Shown here: piece after piece, positions 1 through 9,859 of the stretch
How the letters are laid out: each line of letters begins with the position of its first letter
How positions within the stretch are numbered: position 1 is the stretch's first letter
NCBI GenBank assembly: GCA_024277355.1
Contig: JAJRVL010000005.1
Coordinates: 24,428 to 88,427, forward strand
Reading direction: 5' to 3'
Source of the DNA: an archaeon
GTDB lineage: Archaea; Iainarchaeota; Iainarchaeia; Iainarchaeales; 1-14-0-10-31-34
Length of the DNA: 64,000 nucleotides
Program-made: the position numbers and the translations under genes
The notes under the pieces: model-generated
Seen by the model: the letters and a program-made list of their open reading frames with translations, nothing else
Told to the model about the DNA's origin: nothing
Databases searched by the model: none

Positions 1-154
1 TGTGGGAATGATTGAATGGAGTTTATTGAATGAACAGGCGTTTGTTTTCAATGCAATTCCTGTTTTATTGTTTTCTTTTGCAGTATTCCATTTATTCAAA
101 TAAATGCTGAATACAGGGTATATTCTTTTATTTTAGTTAATCCTTTTTTATTTA

Positions 155-748
155 ATGAATTATAGTATTATTTTTTTTCCAGGCATGATTTTTCATGAAT
201 TAAGTCATTTAATTGCGTGCCTGCTTGTTGGCGTAAAAGTAAAAAAAGTGAAATTTTTTGGTTTAAGTGAAGCTTATGTTGTGCATGAAAAAGCTAATGC
301 ACTGAAATCAGTGATTATTACTTTAGCTCCTTTTATTTTAGGAAATGCAATTGCATTTTATTTTTTGTCTTTTTCTTTCAGGCTTTTGTTTTTTTCTGAT
401 ATTTCAGGATTCTTTTTTTTATGGCTTGGATTAAGTTTTTTGTATTATTGTTTTCCTTCAGATCATGATGCTTCAAATACTTTTAATGCATTTAAGGAAT
501 TTTATTCAAATAATTTAGTTAAAGGAAATTTAATAGTCAAATTACTTTTGGTTATTTCAATTCCTTTTGTTTTTTTTCCTTTGTTTATTATTTTAGGATT
601 ATTAATTTTATTTAATTTTTCGCGTTTAATAAGACTTTTTTGGGTTGTTTTTATTTTTGCTTTAGTTTTTAATGAACCAATTGCATTTGAAATCCTTGAT
701 TTTTTTGCTTTTTTGTTTAATGGAATAGGAACATTTTTATTTGGCTAA
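155..748 (+). CDS. Polytopic membrane protein with HExxH motif (HELSH near N-terminus); putative membrane zinc metallopeptidase
   Basis: ORF of 197 aa with several hydrophobic helices; HELSH motif at residues 14-18. No further family assignment is possible from the sequence. Confidence 0.45.
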   Translation: MNYSIIFFPGMIFHELSHLIACLLVGVKVKKVKFFGLSEAYVVHEKANALKSVIITLAPFILGNAIAFYFLSFSFRLLFFSDISGFFFLWLGLSFLYYCFPSDHDASNTFNAFKEFYSNNLVKGNLIVKLLLVISIPFVFFPLFIILGLLILFNFSRLIRLFWVVFIFALVFNEPIAFEILDFFAFLFNGIGTFLFG

Positions 749-765
749 ACCTAATTTTATAATAT

Positions 766-1053
766 ATGATTAAAGAAAAGATTTCAAAAGAAAAAACAGA
801 ATTGATAAATAAAAAAAACAGGCTTAAAGCAGATTTTGCTGAAGCAAAACAAGATACAAGGCTTTTTGCTATTTTATTTATTGAGTTTGCTTTGTCAATG
901 GCAGTAGTATTAAGCATTTATCTTTATCTGGATCCGGAAACAAATCTTGTTCCTTTTCCTTTAAATATTATTTCTTTTGCTTTTCTTATGATTTTGATGT
1001 ATTTTGTTTTTAACAAAACAAAAGAATTCAGAGAAGAAAGAAAATTGCGTTAA
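766..1053 (+). CDS. Small membrane protein, hypothetical
   Basis: 95-aa ORF directly downstream of the preceding gene. It has a charged N-terminus and then two hydrophobic helices. Confidence 0.3.
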   Translation: MIKEKISKEKTELINKKNRLKADFAEAKQDTRLFAILFIEFALSMAVVLSIYLYLDPETNLVPFPLNIISFAFLMILMYFVFNKTKEFREERKLR

Positions 1054-1242
1054 TTAATCTTCTTCCCAGCCCTGTGAGTCTTCATCTGCTTCTTCAAAGG
1101 TTTCAACTACTGTGAATTTTTTGCCTTTTTTTGCAACAAAGACTTCTATTCCGCATGAAGGGCATTCAACTGAATCTCCTTCTTCATTTAATTCTACATC
1201 CAAATCAAAATTGTTTTGGCATTTAGGACATTGTACTTTCAT
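1054..1242 (-). CDS. LysW-like zinc-ribbon protein (amino-group carrier protein family) with acidic W-containing C-terminal tail
   Basis: CPKC...ECPSCGIEVFV zinc ribbon followed by acidic tail ...EEADEDSQGWEED. The pattern is collinear with Thermus LysW (CPECGAEL..ELGELVVCEDCGAELEVV...EDWGE). Confidence 0.45.
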   Translation of the reverse strand: MKVQCPKCQNNFDLDVELNEEGDSVECPSCGIEVFVAKKGKKFTVVETFEEADEDSQGWEED

Positions 1243-1365
1243 TTTTTCACCTTAAAAAACTAAAATAATTCTAAAAAAATATTATTTTAAATATTTGTTT
1301 TTTGGTTATTTAGATAAAAATAGAAGAAAAAGGGAAACCCCTTTTTCTTTTCAAATTTGTTTATT

Positions 1366-1521
1366 TTATTTTGATGAAAGTTTGTTTTTCTTAATATATA
1401 CCCAAATTGCTTTGGTCATTTCACTTGGAGTGATTTTTCCTGAGCCAAATACTTTCTCCACTGTGTCTGTTCTTCCTTTAAAAGAAATTGTGTATCCACC
1501 AAAAGGTTTTTTTGCTACCAT
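1366..1521 (-). CDS. Small protein (51 aa) with SWIB/MDM2-like motif (...ITPSEMTKAIWVYIKKNKL)
   Basis: Strong SD (GGAGGA, 8 nt before the ATG). The motif resembles the core of the SWIB domain, but the protein is too short for a full domain. Confidence 0.3.
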   Translation of the reverse strand: MVAKKPFGGYTISFKGRTDTVEKVFGSGKITPSEMTKAIWVYIKKNKLSSK

Positions 1522-1925
1522 ATTTTTTTCCTCCTAAAAATTAAAATTATAAAAGTAATTAAAATTAAGTCAATTCTGTATTTAAACCCATACACTTCTT
1601 TAGAGGGGGAAAAGAAAAGATTGTTAGAAAAGGAAAAACATTTTTTCTTTAGTTTTTTTTGCTTTCAAAAAGAAAAAGCCTTTAATCTATTTATTTATTA
1701 TTTTTTTATGAAAAAGAAAAGAAAAATCAGTTTAATTATTTCAATATTATTCTTTTTTGTTTCATGGTTTGTTATTGCTGATTATATTACTTGTACAGAT
1801 GTTTCAAAACAAGTTTGTTTTTATTCTTCTTTTTTTAATCCTTTATTAATTCTTTTTGTGTTTGTTGATTCATTTCTTTTTTTTATTGGAGTTGATCGCT
1901 GGGTTATAAATTCAGGTTATTTTGA

Positions 1926-2906
1926 TTAAATCCAGTTAACTTTTATTTGATCAGTTCTTTGTTTTGGAAGAATCATGCTTTCATTTAGGTTTGTTTTTTT
2001 TCCTGCTTTAAATTCAATTAATCCCTGCCAGCCAATCATTGCTCCGTTATCAACACAAACACTTCTTTCAGGAACAAAAAATTTTGCTTTTCGCTGTTTA
2101 CACATTTTTTTCATTATTTCTCTTAAAGCATTGCTTGAAGCAACTCCTCCTGTCAAAAGCAGTTCTTTTTTTCCTGTATGGGCTAAGGTTCTTTCAGTTA
2201 CTTCTGTCAGCATTGCAAAAGCATTATGCATTAAACTACAAACTAAATCTTCTTTTCTTTCTTTTTTAATTTTTTGTTTGCCTGCTGTAAGTAAACCAGA
2301 AAAAGCTAAATCCATTCCTTTAACCGTATAAGGCAGTTCAATGAAATTTTTTCCTTTAAAATATATTTTATCCATTACTGGCCCTGCAGGAAAACCTAAA
2401 TCTATTTCCCTTCCAAACACATCAAGAAAATTTCCTATTCCAATGTCTAATGTTTCGCCATAAATTCTGTATCTTTTTTTTTCTAAACCAATAATTTGTG
2501 TATTAGCTCCGGAAGCATAACAAGTTACAGGGTCTTTTGCTTTAGTTAATTTTTTTCCGATTTCTATATGGGAGATGCAATGGTTTACTCCAACCAAAGA
2601 TTTATTATGTAGCAAACTTAAAGTTCTTGCAACTGTTGCCCCTACTTTTAAGCAGTTTCCTAATCCTGGTCCCTGAGAAAAAGAAATTAAATCAACTTCT
2701 TTTATTGAAAGATTTGCTTTTTCTAATGCATTTTCTATTATTTCTTTTGCGTTTTTGTAATGAAAGTCTGCTGCTTCTCTTGGGTGGATTCCTACTGATT
2801 CTTTTTTCACATAAGCTTTTTTTTCGTTTGCAAGAATTCTGCATTTTTCATTTACTATTCCTATTCCAAATGTGTGTGCTGTTGATTCAATTCCTAATGA
2901 AATCAT
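1926..2906 (-). CDS. kae1: tRNA N6-adenosine threonylcarbamoyltransferase Kae1 (TsaD family)
   Basis: The 326-aa protein has the GIESTAHTFGIGIV, SQGPGLGNCLKVG and VNHCISHIEI motifs typical of Kae1/TsaD. An AGAGGA SD lies upstream. Confidence 0.9.
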   Translation of the reverse strand: MISLGIESTAHTFGIGIVNEKCRILANEKKAYVKKESVGIHPREAADFHYKNAKEIIENALEKANLSIKEVDLISFSQGPGLGNCLKVGATVARTLSLLHNKSLVGVNHCISHIEIGKKLTKAKDPVTCYASGANTQIIGLEKKRYRIYGETLDIGIGNFLDVFGREIDLGFPAGPVMDKIYFKGKNFIELPYTVKGMDLAFSGLLTAGKQKIKKERKEDLVCSLMHNAFAMLTEVTERTLAHTGKKELLLTGGVASSNALREIMKKMCKQRKAKFFVPERSVCVDNGAMIGWQGLIEFKAGKKTNLNESMILPKQRTDQIKVNWI

Positions 2907-2975
2907 TTTTTTTCCTCTTTTTTTAAGATTTTCTTATGGCTAATTCTTTTATTCTCATTGCTTTAATTTTGTTGT

Positions 2976-3437
2976 ATGAATAAGGCTCCTTTAATTAAAT
3001 TAAGTTCTGCAAAAAAACAGAGAATAAGAGATGCAGGAAAAGCCATTGATTTAATGAATAAATCAAAATCAAAGTTTGTTGTGGTTCCCCGTAATGTAAG
3101 GGAATTAATAAGGGACAAAAGAAAATGGTTTTTTATCAGAAATGAAATGGGAGAAAAAATAGGAACCGTCTCACTTGACTTAAAAAAAGGAGAAATAGGC
3201 GGTTTTTCTGTTCTTCCTAAATATCGTGGATTAAAAAATTCTCTTCCTGCATTAAAAAAAGCAGAAGGAATTATGAAAAAAGCAGGTCATAAAAAGGCAA
3301 TATTACACATTAATATTAATTCTGAAAGAACAATAAAACTTCTTGAAATTTTAGGTTATGCTAAAGGAAAGAAACTTTTTGGAGAAAAATATGGAGTTAA
3401 ATTTAACCTTATTGAACTAGAAAAAAAACTGGATTAG
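2976..3437 (+). CDS. GNAT-family N-acetyltransferase (putative)
   Basis: 153 aa; GEIGGFSVLPKYRG resembles GNAT motif A (acetyl-CoA binding). Confidence 0.45.
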   Translation: MNKAPLIKLSSAKKQRIRDAGKAIDLMNKSKSKFVVVPRNVRELIRDKRKWFFIRNEMGEKIGTVSLDLKKGEIGGFSVLPKYRGLKNSLPALKKAEGIMKKAGHKKAILHININSERTIKLLEILGYAKGKKLFGEKYGVKFNLIELEKKLD

Positions 3438-4012
3438 TTTTTTAAAACTTTTTCAATTTCTTTTAAAGTTATTTTTCCCTGCCTTATAATCTTTTTTTCT
3501 TTTACGTAATAAATTGTGCTTGGCTTGTTTTCTTCAAGTATTCCGTCATCAATTATAAAATCAACTTTTTTGCTTAAAACTTTTACTGCTTTATCAAAAG
3601 AATAAATTGGTTTTTTTCCGGACAAATTTGCACTGGTTGAAATTATTGGTTCATTTAATTCTTTTACTATTCCTAAAGCAGTTTCATTTGAACTAATTCT
3701 TAAAGCAATTTTTTCTTTGCTTACTTCTTCAGGAATTTTATTTTTTTTTGGAACAATTAAAGTTAAATGCCCTTTAAATGCGTTAAGTAATTTTTCTGCT
3801 TCAGAATTTATTTCTGCATAATTTTCTGCCATTTTTTTGTCTGCAACAATTATCAAAAAAGGTTTTATTCTATCTTGCTTTATTTCTCTGATTCTTTTAA
3901 TTGAATTAATGTCTGTTAATTTACATCCAATTCCATAACTTGTTTCTGTTGGATAAATTATTACTCCGTTTTTCTTAAGCACAAATAAAGCCATTTTGAT
4001 TTTTTTGTTCAT
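3434..4012 (-). CDS. sua5: L-threonylcarbamoyladenylate synthase, Sua5/YrdC/TsaC family
   Basis: YPTETSYGIGC motif and overall YrdC-like fold signature. Adjacent to kae1, so the two form a t6A module. Confidence 0.85.
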   Translation of the reverse strand: MNKKIKMALFVLKKNGVIIYPTETSYGIGCKLTDINSIKRIREIKQDRIKPFLIIVADKKMAENYAEINSEAEKLLNAFKGHLTLIVPKKNKIPEEVSKEKIALRISSNETALGIVKELNEPIISTSANLSGKKPIYSFDKAVKVLSKKVDFIIDDGILEENKPSTIYYVKEKKIIRQGKITLKEIEKVLKN

Positions 4013-4572
4013 GACATCATCACTAAAATTACTGCATTATACGCCATATGTCCTATAATATTTGGAATTAAATTATTATTTTTTTTGAAATAATATGCTA
4101 AAAATAATCCTGCAATAAACGCTCCAATTATTTCTGTTGTTGAACCATAAGCAAAATGAGCTAAAGCAAAAATTACTGAAGAAAAAAAGATACCCATTTT
4201 TTTCACTAAAAATCCCCTGAAAAAAATTTCTTCTGAAATTACTCTTATAGTAAGAAAATAAAAAAGAAGTAAAGGGGTTTTAATGCTTATTTTTTTTACT
4301 GTTTCAGCTACTTTTGTTAAGTCATTTATTCCAAACAAAGAACTTGAAACTGAAACTAAAAGAGAAATTGCAATTAAACCTGCAATAATTAAAACTGATT
4401 TTTTTATTAGTTCTTTTCTGTTAATTTTTTTTATTCCTATTTCTGCAAGTGATTTTTTTACTGATTTGTTGTTATAGCAATAGTAAATTAAAGGGAGAAT
4501 AAAAATTAAATCCAATAAAATAATCTGAATTATTTTTGTTCCCCTTTTTGTTTCCATTAAGTGTAAGAACAT
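4009..4572 (-). CDS. CPBP-family intramembrane metalloprotease (CAAX protease / Abi)
   Basis: The three CPBP motifs are present: SEEIFFRG (EExxxR), FALAHF (FxxxH) and GHMAYN (HxxxN). The protein is multi-TM. Confidence 0.7.
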   Translation of the reverse strand: MFLHLMETKRGTKIIQIILLDLIFILPLIYYCYNNKSVKKSLAEIGIKKINRKELIKKSVLIIAGLIAISLLVSVSSSLFGINDLTKVAETVKKISIKTPLLLFYFLTIRVISEEIFFRGFLVKKMGIFFSSVIFALAHFAYGSTTEIIGAFIAGLFLAYYFKKNNNLIPNIIGHMAYNAVILVMMS

Positions 4573-4779
4573 TTTCCACAGGAATGCCTGTCTTTGTGTT
4601 CAGCCATAAATACTCCTGAACCGCACTTAGGACAAAATCTGTTTTTCTTTTTTATTTCGTTTCCTGTTATTTCATATTTTTCTGATTTTTTTATATTTGG
4701 ATGTTTTTTTCTTGTTTTTTTTGCCATTAACTCACCTGTTTTCTTTCTAATTAATTTTTTTAATTGTTTTTGTTGTTTC

Positions 4780-5142
4780 TTATTTTTTCTTTTTCTTACT
4801 TTCTAATTTCTTTTTTTCTTTTGCTGTTTTTTTTGCTTCTTTTGCTTTTTTCATTTTTTCTTTTTCTTCTGAAAAATTTCTTCCTAAAACATAATCTAAT
4901 TCTGTTTCTTTCATTTTACTTTTTTCTTTGTATGCTCTTGCTTTTCCAGTGCAAAATCGTGTTCCAAATGACTGCTTTATTTCTGTTATTACTGTTGAAT
5001 CTGAATCTGATTCAGTTAATGCTGCAACTTTTTCTCTTAAATCTTGTGTTTTTGGTGTTGCATTTATTTCTGTTACTTTGAATTCTATTTCTTTTCTTGA
5101 AAGCAATGGATTTGTTTTTTTGCTTGTTATCTCTATCTTCAT
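4780..5142 (-). CDS. rps24e: Ribosomal protein S24e with K-rich C-terminal tail
   Basis: N-terminal region [14 protein letters not shown] matches S24e. A C-terminal [15 protein letters not shown] extension follows. Confidence 0.85.
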   Translation of the reverse strand: MKIEITSKKTNPLLSRKEIEFKVTEINATPKTQDLREKVAALTESDSDSTVITEIKQSFGTRFCTGKARAYKEKSKMKETELDYVLGRNFSEEKEKMKKAKEAKKTAKEKKKLESKKKKK

Positions 5143-5174
5143 AAGACTACCTCTTTTATTTTTTTTTAATTTGA

Positions 5175-5369
5175 TTAACGACTTAATCTTAATGCATGTT
5201 TTCCTGTTGTGGTTATGCCCATTTTTTTTGCTATTTCTGATTTTTCTGGATTAGTTATTACTACATATCCTCTCCAGAAGGTTGTAAAGCTTGTACTTCC
5301 GCAGTTAGGGCATTTGTCGCCTTCTTCTATTACTTTTCTGCATTCTCGACATGCTTTTCCTTTACTCAT
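5175..5369 (-). CDS. spt4: Transcription elongation factor Spt4 / RNAP subunit E''
   Basis: 64 aa; Zn ribbon CRECR...CPNCGS and the W.GYVVI..PEKSEIA pattern. Positioned next to rpoE'. Confidence 0.8.
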   Translation of the reverse strand: MSKGKACRECRKVIEEGDKCPNCGSTSFTTFWRGYVVITNPEKSEIAKKMGITTTGKHALRLSR

Positions 5370-5381
5370 TCAACTACCTCT

Positions 5382-5990
5382 TTATTTTTTTTTCTTTTCA
5401 GTTTTTTCTTCTTTTTTTGCTGGTTTTGCTTTTTTGTTTTTGTCTTTTTTCTTTTGGTCTATTGCAAGCCAGTCTGTTTTTCCTAATCCTGGTTGTCTCA
5501 TTGTTAATCCTAATTTTGAGTTTGGAATATTTCCTTTTAGACTGCAGGTTGCTATTCTGGCTATTACCTGATCTTCTAATCCTAATTTTTTATTTGATTC
5601 TTTTCCTATAAATCCTGGTCCTTTTGCATCATAATTAATATAGTCGTTCATTATCTGGCTTACGTGGATTAATCCTTCTATTGGGCCTGTTCTTACAAAT
5701 GCACCAAATTCAGTTATTTCTGTTATGGTTCCTTCAACTATTTCTTTCATTTCTGGTTTATAGACTATTGCTTTGTATTGAGTACTATAATAGGCTGCTC
5801 CGTCTCCAGGAATTACTTTTCCTTCTCCAACGTTTTCAACTTCCATTACTGCAACAATAACTCCAATACTTTCATCTACTATTCCTTCGTATTCATCTTT
5901 TAGTATTTTTAGTATTGCGTCATTTAATTTTCCTCCAAATTCTTTTGGCGGAACTCTTACTGTGTCTTTCATTGAAATTATTGCATACAT
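5382..5990 (-). CDS. rpoE: DNA-directed RNA polymerase subunit E' (Rpo7) with K/E tail
   Basis: S1/OB-domain protein with the GxIxEItEFGAFV pattern. It sits in the conserved rpoE'-spt4 arrangement. Confidence 0.85.
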   Translation of the reverse strand: MYAIISMKDTVRVPPKEFGGKLNDAILKILKDEYEGIVDESIGVIVAVMEVENVGEGKVIPGDGAAYYSTQYKAIVYKPEMKEIVEGTITEITEFGAFVRTGPIEGLIHVSQIMNDYINYDAKGPGFIGKESNKKLGLEDQVIARIATCSLKGNIPNSKLGLTMRQPGLGKTDWLAIDQKKKDKNKKAKPAKKEEKTEKKKK

Positions 5991-6006
5991 TTTTTTTCCT
6001 CCTTAT

Positions 6007-6390
6007 TTATTCAATAACAATAACCTTTTTTTGTCTTACGAATGCTGTTTTAAATCCTTTTTTTCTGATTTTTGTTCTTAATTCTTTGTCGTTTGTTGCT
6101 ATAATATAATTTTCTTGTGCTAATTCTTCCATTCTTTTATCGGCATTTTCTGTTTTTGCTTTTATAATCATGCAATTTTTTTTAATTAATTTTTCTGCTA
6201 TTTCTGCATTTATTTTTTTTGTTTTGTTTTTTTCTTTTAATTTTTTTAATTCTTTTAAAACTTCTTCTGGAACAAAAAATTCTGTTTTTCCGTAATTTTT
6301 TAGTTCTTCAAAAACATCTATTTTTAGTTCTCCTATTGCCATTAACATATTTGTATCTAAAACTATTTTATTCAGTTGTTCCATAAGCAA
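6007..6390 (-). CDS. PIN-domain protein
   Basis: N-terminal VLDTNMLM has the PIN acidic residue. The position between spt4/rpoE' and eIF2-gamma is conserved in archaea. Confidence 0.6.
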   Translation of the reverse strand: MLMEQLNKIVLDTNMLMAIGELKIDVFEELKNYGKTEFFVPEEVLKELKKLKEKNKTKKINAEIAEKLIKKNCMIIKAKTENADKRMEELAQENYIIATNDKELRTKIRKKGFKTAFVRQKKVIVIE

Positions 6391-7573
6391 TTAATCTCCA
6401 TCTTGCACCTTCTTTTTTGCTTATTGCTATTTTTTGGTTTGGTTCTATTGTTATTGGTACTTTAAGCATTACTTCAATTAAATCTTTTTTTAATGCAATT
6501 ATGTTTCCTATTGTTGTTGCTGTTCCTGCACTTAAAACTATTATTTCTCCTTGTTTTAAGTCTGTTTTAATTCCTGTTACTTCTCTTTGAAAGTATTTTA
6601 TTTTCATTTTAATGTTTGTTACTGCTTCAGGAAGGCTTCCGATTTTCCCTAAAATATTTCCTTTCATTTGATCATTTTTAGTTAAATTTGAGTCAATTAA
6701 TGTTCTTATTGAAATTAGTCCTCCTGGCACTGCTTCTTTTATTTTTCCTTCACTTGTATTTATTTCAATTATTTTTACTTTGTTTTTTTTATTGTTTATT
6801 CCAGGACTTAATTCAAGTTCGTCTCCTGTTTTTATTTTTCCCTGCATTATTGTTCCGCCTAATGCTCCTCCAATTAATTCTTTGATTTTTATTCCTGGCT
6901 TGTTTATGTCAAAGCTTCTTGCAACATACATTTTCACAGGTTTTTTTTCATCTATTTTTGGTGAAGGAATTTTTTTTTCTATTGTTTCAATTAATAAATC
7001 AATATTTGTTCCGAAATGAGCTGCAGTAGGAATTATTTCTGCTTCAAAATCAAATTCTTTAAGAAATTTTTTTATTTGATGGTAGTTTTCTGTTGCTTGT
7101 TTTTTGTCAACTAAATCTATTTTGTTTTGTGCTACAATAATGTTTTTTATTCCGCTGACTTTTAATGCCATTAAATGTTCTTTTGTTCTTGGCTGAGGAC
7201 AGAATTCATTTGCAGCAATAACTAATATTGCTCCATGCATTAATGCAGCTCCTGAAATCATTGTTGTCATTAATGTTTCATGTCCTGGAGCATCAACAAA
7301 ACTGACTTTTCTTAATCTTTTTGTTTTCTTTTTGCAGTGAGAGCAAGTTTCTTGTGTTGTATATGCTTCTGCGCCTTTACATGCAGGGCATTTATAAAAT
7401 ACTGCATCAGCATAACCTAATCTAATTGAAATTCCTCTTTTTAGTTCTTCTGAATGTGTGTCAGTCCATTTGCCGCTTAATGCATGCGTCAGTGAAGTTT
7501 TTCCATGGTCTACATGGCCTATTAATCCTATGTTAACTTCTGCCTGACTAATTTCTTTTTTCATTTTTTTCAC
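6368..7573 (-). CDS. eif2g: Translation initiation factor 2 gamma subunit (a/eIF2-gamma)
   Basis: P-loop GHVDHGKTSL, Zn ribbon CPACKG...CSHC and an EF-Tu-like domain layout. Confidence 0.9.
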   Translation of the reverse strand: MKKMKKEISQAEVNIGLIGHVDHGKTSLTHALSGKWTDTHSEELKRGISIRLGYADAVFYKCPACKGAEAYTTQETCSHCKKKTKRLRKVSFVDAPGHETLMTTMISGAALMHGAILVIAANEFCPQPRTKEHLMALKVSGIKNIIVAQNKIDLVDKKQATENYHQIKKFLKEFDFEAEIIPTAAHFGTNIDLLIETIEKKIPSPKIDEKKPVKMYVARSFDINKPGIKIKELIGGALGGTIMQGKIKTGDELELSPGINNKKNKVKIIEINTSEGKIKEAVPGGLISIRTLIDSNLTKNDQMKGNILGKIGSLPEAVTNIKMKIKYFQREVTGIKTDLKQGEIIVLSAGTATTIGNIIALKKDLIEVMLKVPITIEPNQKIAISKKEGARWRLIAYGTTE

Positions 7574-7624
7574 TTCTTTTTTTTTGTTTTATATTTTAAT
7601 TCTTTTTTTCTAAAAAAGGTTTTT

Positions 7625-8107
7625 TTATTTTTTTGCAGTTTTTGAGTCTCCTGCTTTTTCTACGTTTCCTACGTTTTCAAGTGATTCTTTTACTAGTTTT
7701 TCTTTTGCACTAATTTTTTCAGCTGGTTTTTCTTCAGTTTTTTCTGTTGCAAAAATTTCTTCTAGTTTTTTTGTTCCTTGTTTTGTTATTATTAAGTTTA
7801 TTTGTTCTGTTTCCTCGCTTATTGTATTTCCTCTTACGCCTACTCTGCTTCTTTCTCCTTTTCTTTTTGCTTTAAATCCTATTCCTTCTCTTATAAATAT
7901 TTTTTTCTTGTTTGCTCCTGGAATGTCTTTTCTCATTGGAAATCCTTGTTTGTCGCTTCCTCCAGTAATTTTTGCTTCATATCCTTCTAATCCAAGAGAA
8001 TCAAGTTTTACTTCTTCTCCAATTTTTTTGTTTAAAAGCAAAGCAGTTGTTTCAACTTTTTTTCCATATGCTTTTCCGGTTTTTGGGTTGCTTATCACTA
8101 TGTTCAT
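7625..8107 (-). CDS. rps6e: Ribosomal protein S6e
   Basis: GGSDKQGFPM motif; strong SD (GGAGGAG) upstream. Confidence 0.9.
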   Translation of the reverse strand: MNIVISNPKTGKAYGKKVETTALLLNKKIGEEVKLDSLGLEGYEAKITGGSDKQGFPMRKDIPGANKKKIFIREGIGFKAKRKGERSRVGVRGNTISEETEQINLIITKQGTKKLEEIFATEKTEEKPAEKISAKEKLVKESLENVGNVEKAGDSKTAKK

Positions 8108-8108
8108 T

Positions 8109-9854
8109 TTAGTCTCCTCCAGACTTTTGAATTTCTTTTATTTTTTTAAGTAAGTCTTTTTCTTCTTCAGTTAAAATATCATTTGATTTTTCAAGTTTTT
8201 CAATATTATTTTCAGGAATAAAACTTATTAATTCATCTTTGTTGTTTAAGTTTCTTCCTATTGTTGCATCGCTTATTGATATTGCAACTTCGCTTCCTTT
8301 TTTTGCTTCTTTAATGTTTTCTCCTTTTTCCTGTATTGCTAAAATTTTTCCAATTATTTTTCCGTTTTTCATTACTTTTATTCCGGTTCTTAATTTTCCT
8401 TCAATTATTTTTGCACCGATTATTACTGGTTTTGAATTTCTAAAAATGTTTTCTGGCATTAATTTTATTTTTACAGGCAATACAATTTCTGCTAAAAAAC
8501 TTTGTTTTGCTTTTTCTTTTTCTTCCGCAATCCATTTTTCGTATTCTTCAATTAAATGATAAATTACTTTTTCATTGAAAATTCTTATTTCTTGTTTTTC
8601 TGCTTCTTTTACTGCTTCAGGATTAATTTTTGTGTTAAATGCAAGTATTACTCCTTTTGTTTTGTCTTTTTCTTTTACCTGCAAGCTTTCCATTACATCT
8701 CTTCTTGTTACTTCTCCTACATCTGCTTTTCTTGCTTTAATTTCTTTGTCTTCTAGTAATTTAATTATTGCTTCTAATGAACCTAAAGTGTCTGTTTTGA
8801 TTATTACTCCTAATTCATCTGAATCAATTTTAATTGAACTTATTTCTTTTTTTATTTCTTCTATTTCTTCCTGACTTGCTTCAACTCTTATTGGAGAACC
8901 TGCTAAAGCTTTATCTAAGTTTGGTGCTGCAATTTTTAGTCCTGACGCAGCATGAACTTCTTTTACTGAATCAAATCTTTCCTGCGGTGCACGGATTTCA
9001 TCTAATGGTTTAGGCAAAAGAAGAGCTCTTATTTTTGTTTCTATTATTCCTTCTTTTCCTCCTAAGGTAATTTTGTTTCCTGTTTTTATTGTTCCGTCAT
9101 ATAATACAACGTCAATTGTTTTCCCTAATCCTTTTTCATCTTTTACTTCTAATACTGTTCCCTTTCCTTTTCCGCTTACTTCAATTGTTAATTTTTTTTC
9201 TAAAAACTTCTGGCTTAATCCTGCTAAAAACAAAAGTATTTCTGAAAATCCTTCTCCTGTTTTATTGCATAAAGGAACAATTGGAATTTCTTTTGTAAAA
9301 TCTTGTATTCTGTCAAATCTTTCTGCAGGAAATCCTTTTTTGAATGTTTCTCCTACAATACAATAAATTTTTTTGTCTAATTCATCCAGCAATTGTTTGC
9401 TTTGATTTTGTTTATTTTCTGTAAAACTTAATTCTTTTGATTCCCATCCGTGAATTTTGTCTATTTTTGTCATTGCAATTACAAATGGAACTTTAAATGC
9501 TTTCAAAATGTCTATTGCTTCTAATGTTTGTGGTTCGCATCCTTTTATTGCATCAATTGTTAATACTGCTAAATCTGCAATACTTCCCCCTCTTTTTCTT
9601 AGGTTAGAGAAAGCTTCATGTCCTGGAGTATCAATAAAAAGTAAGCCGGGAATATTTAATTCAAAACCATATTTTTTTGTTAATTCTCCTGCCATTTTTT
9701 CTACTATTTCAATTGGAACTTCTGTTGCTCCAATGTGTTGTGTTATTGCTCCTGCTTCTTGGGAGACGATTTTTGTGCCTCTAATTCTATCTAAAAAACT
9801 TGTTTTTCCTGAATCAACATGCCCTAAGACAGTAATTATTGGCTTTCTAATCAT
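8109..9854 (-). CDS. infB: Translation initiation factor aIF5B (IF-2)
   Basis: PIITVLGHVDSGKTS and DTPGHEAF GTPase motifs; length 581 aa. Confidence 0.9.
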   Translation of the reverse strand: MIRKPIITVLGHVDSGKTSFLDRIRGTKIVSQEAGAITQHIGATEVPIEIVEKMAGELTKKYGFELNIPGLLFIDTPGHEAFSNLRKRGGSIADLAVLTIDAIKGCEPQTLEAIDILKAFKVPFVIAMTKIDKIHGWESKELSFTENKQNQSKQLLDELDKKIYCIVGETFKKGFPAERFDRIQDFTKEIPIVPLCNKTGEGFSEILLFLAGLSQKFLEKKLTIEVSGKGKGTVLEVKDEKGLGKTIDVVLYDGTIKTGNKITLGGKEGIIETKIRALLLPKPLDEIRAPQERFDSVKEVHAASGLKIAAPNLDKALAGSPIRVEASQEEIEEIKKEISSIKIDSDELGVIIKTDTLGSLEAIIKLLEDKEIKARKADVGEVTRRDVMESLQVKEKDKTKGVILAFNTKINPEAVKEAEKQEIRIFNEKVIYHLIEEYEKWIAEEKEKAKQSFLAEIVLPVKIKLMPENIFRNSKPVIIGAKIIEGKLRTGIKVMKNGKIIGKILAIQEKGENIKEAKKGSEVAISISDATIGRNLNNKDELISFIPENNIEKLEKSNDILTEEEKDLLKKIKEIQKSGGD

Positions 9855-9859
9855 ATAAT

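Noticed and set aside
4594-5254. Plus-strand ORFs 4594..4806, 4764..5081 and 4928..5254 around rps24e
   Set aside because: They overlap the S24e gene in antisense and are low-complexity.
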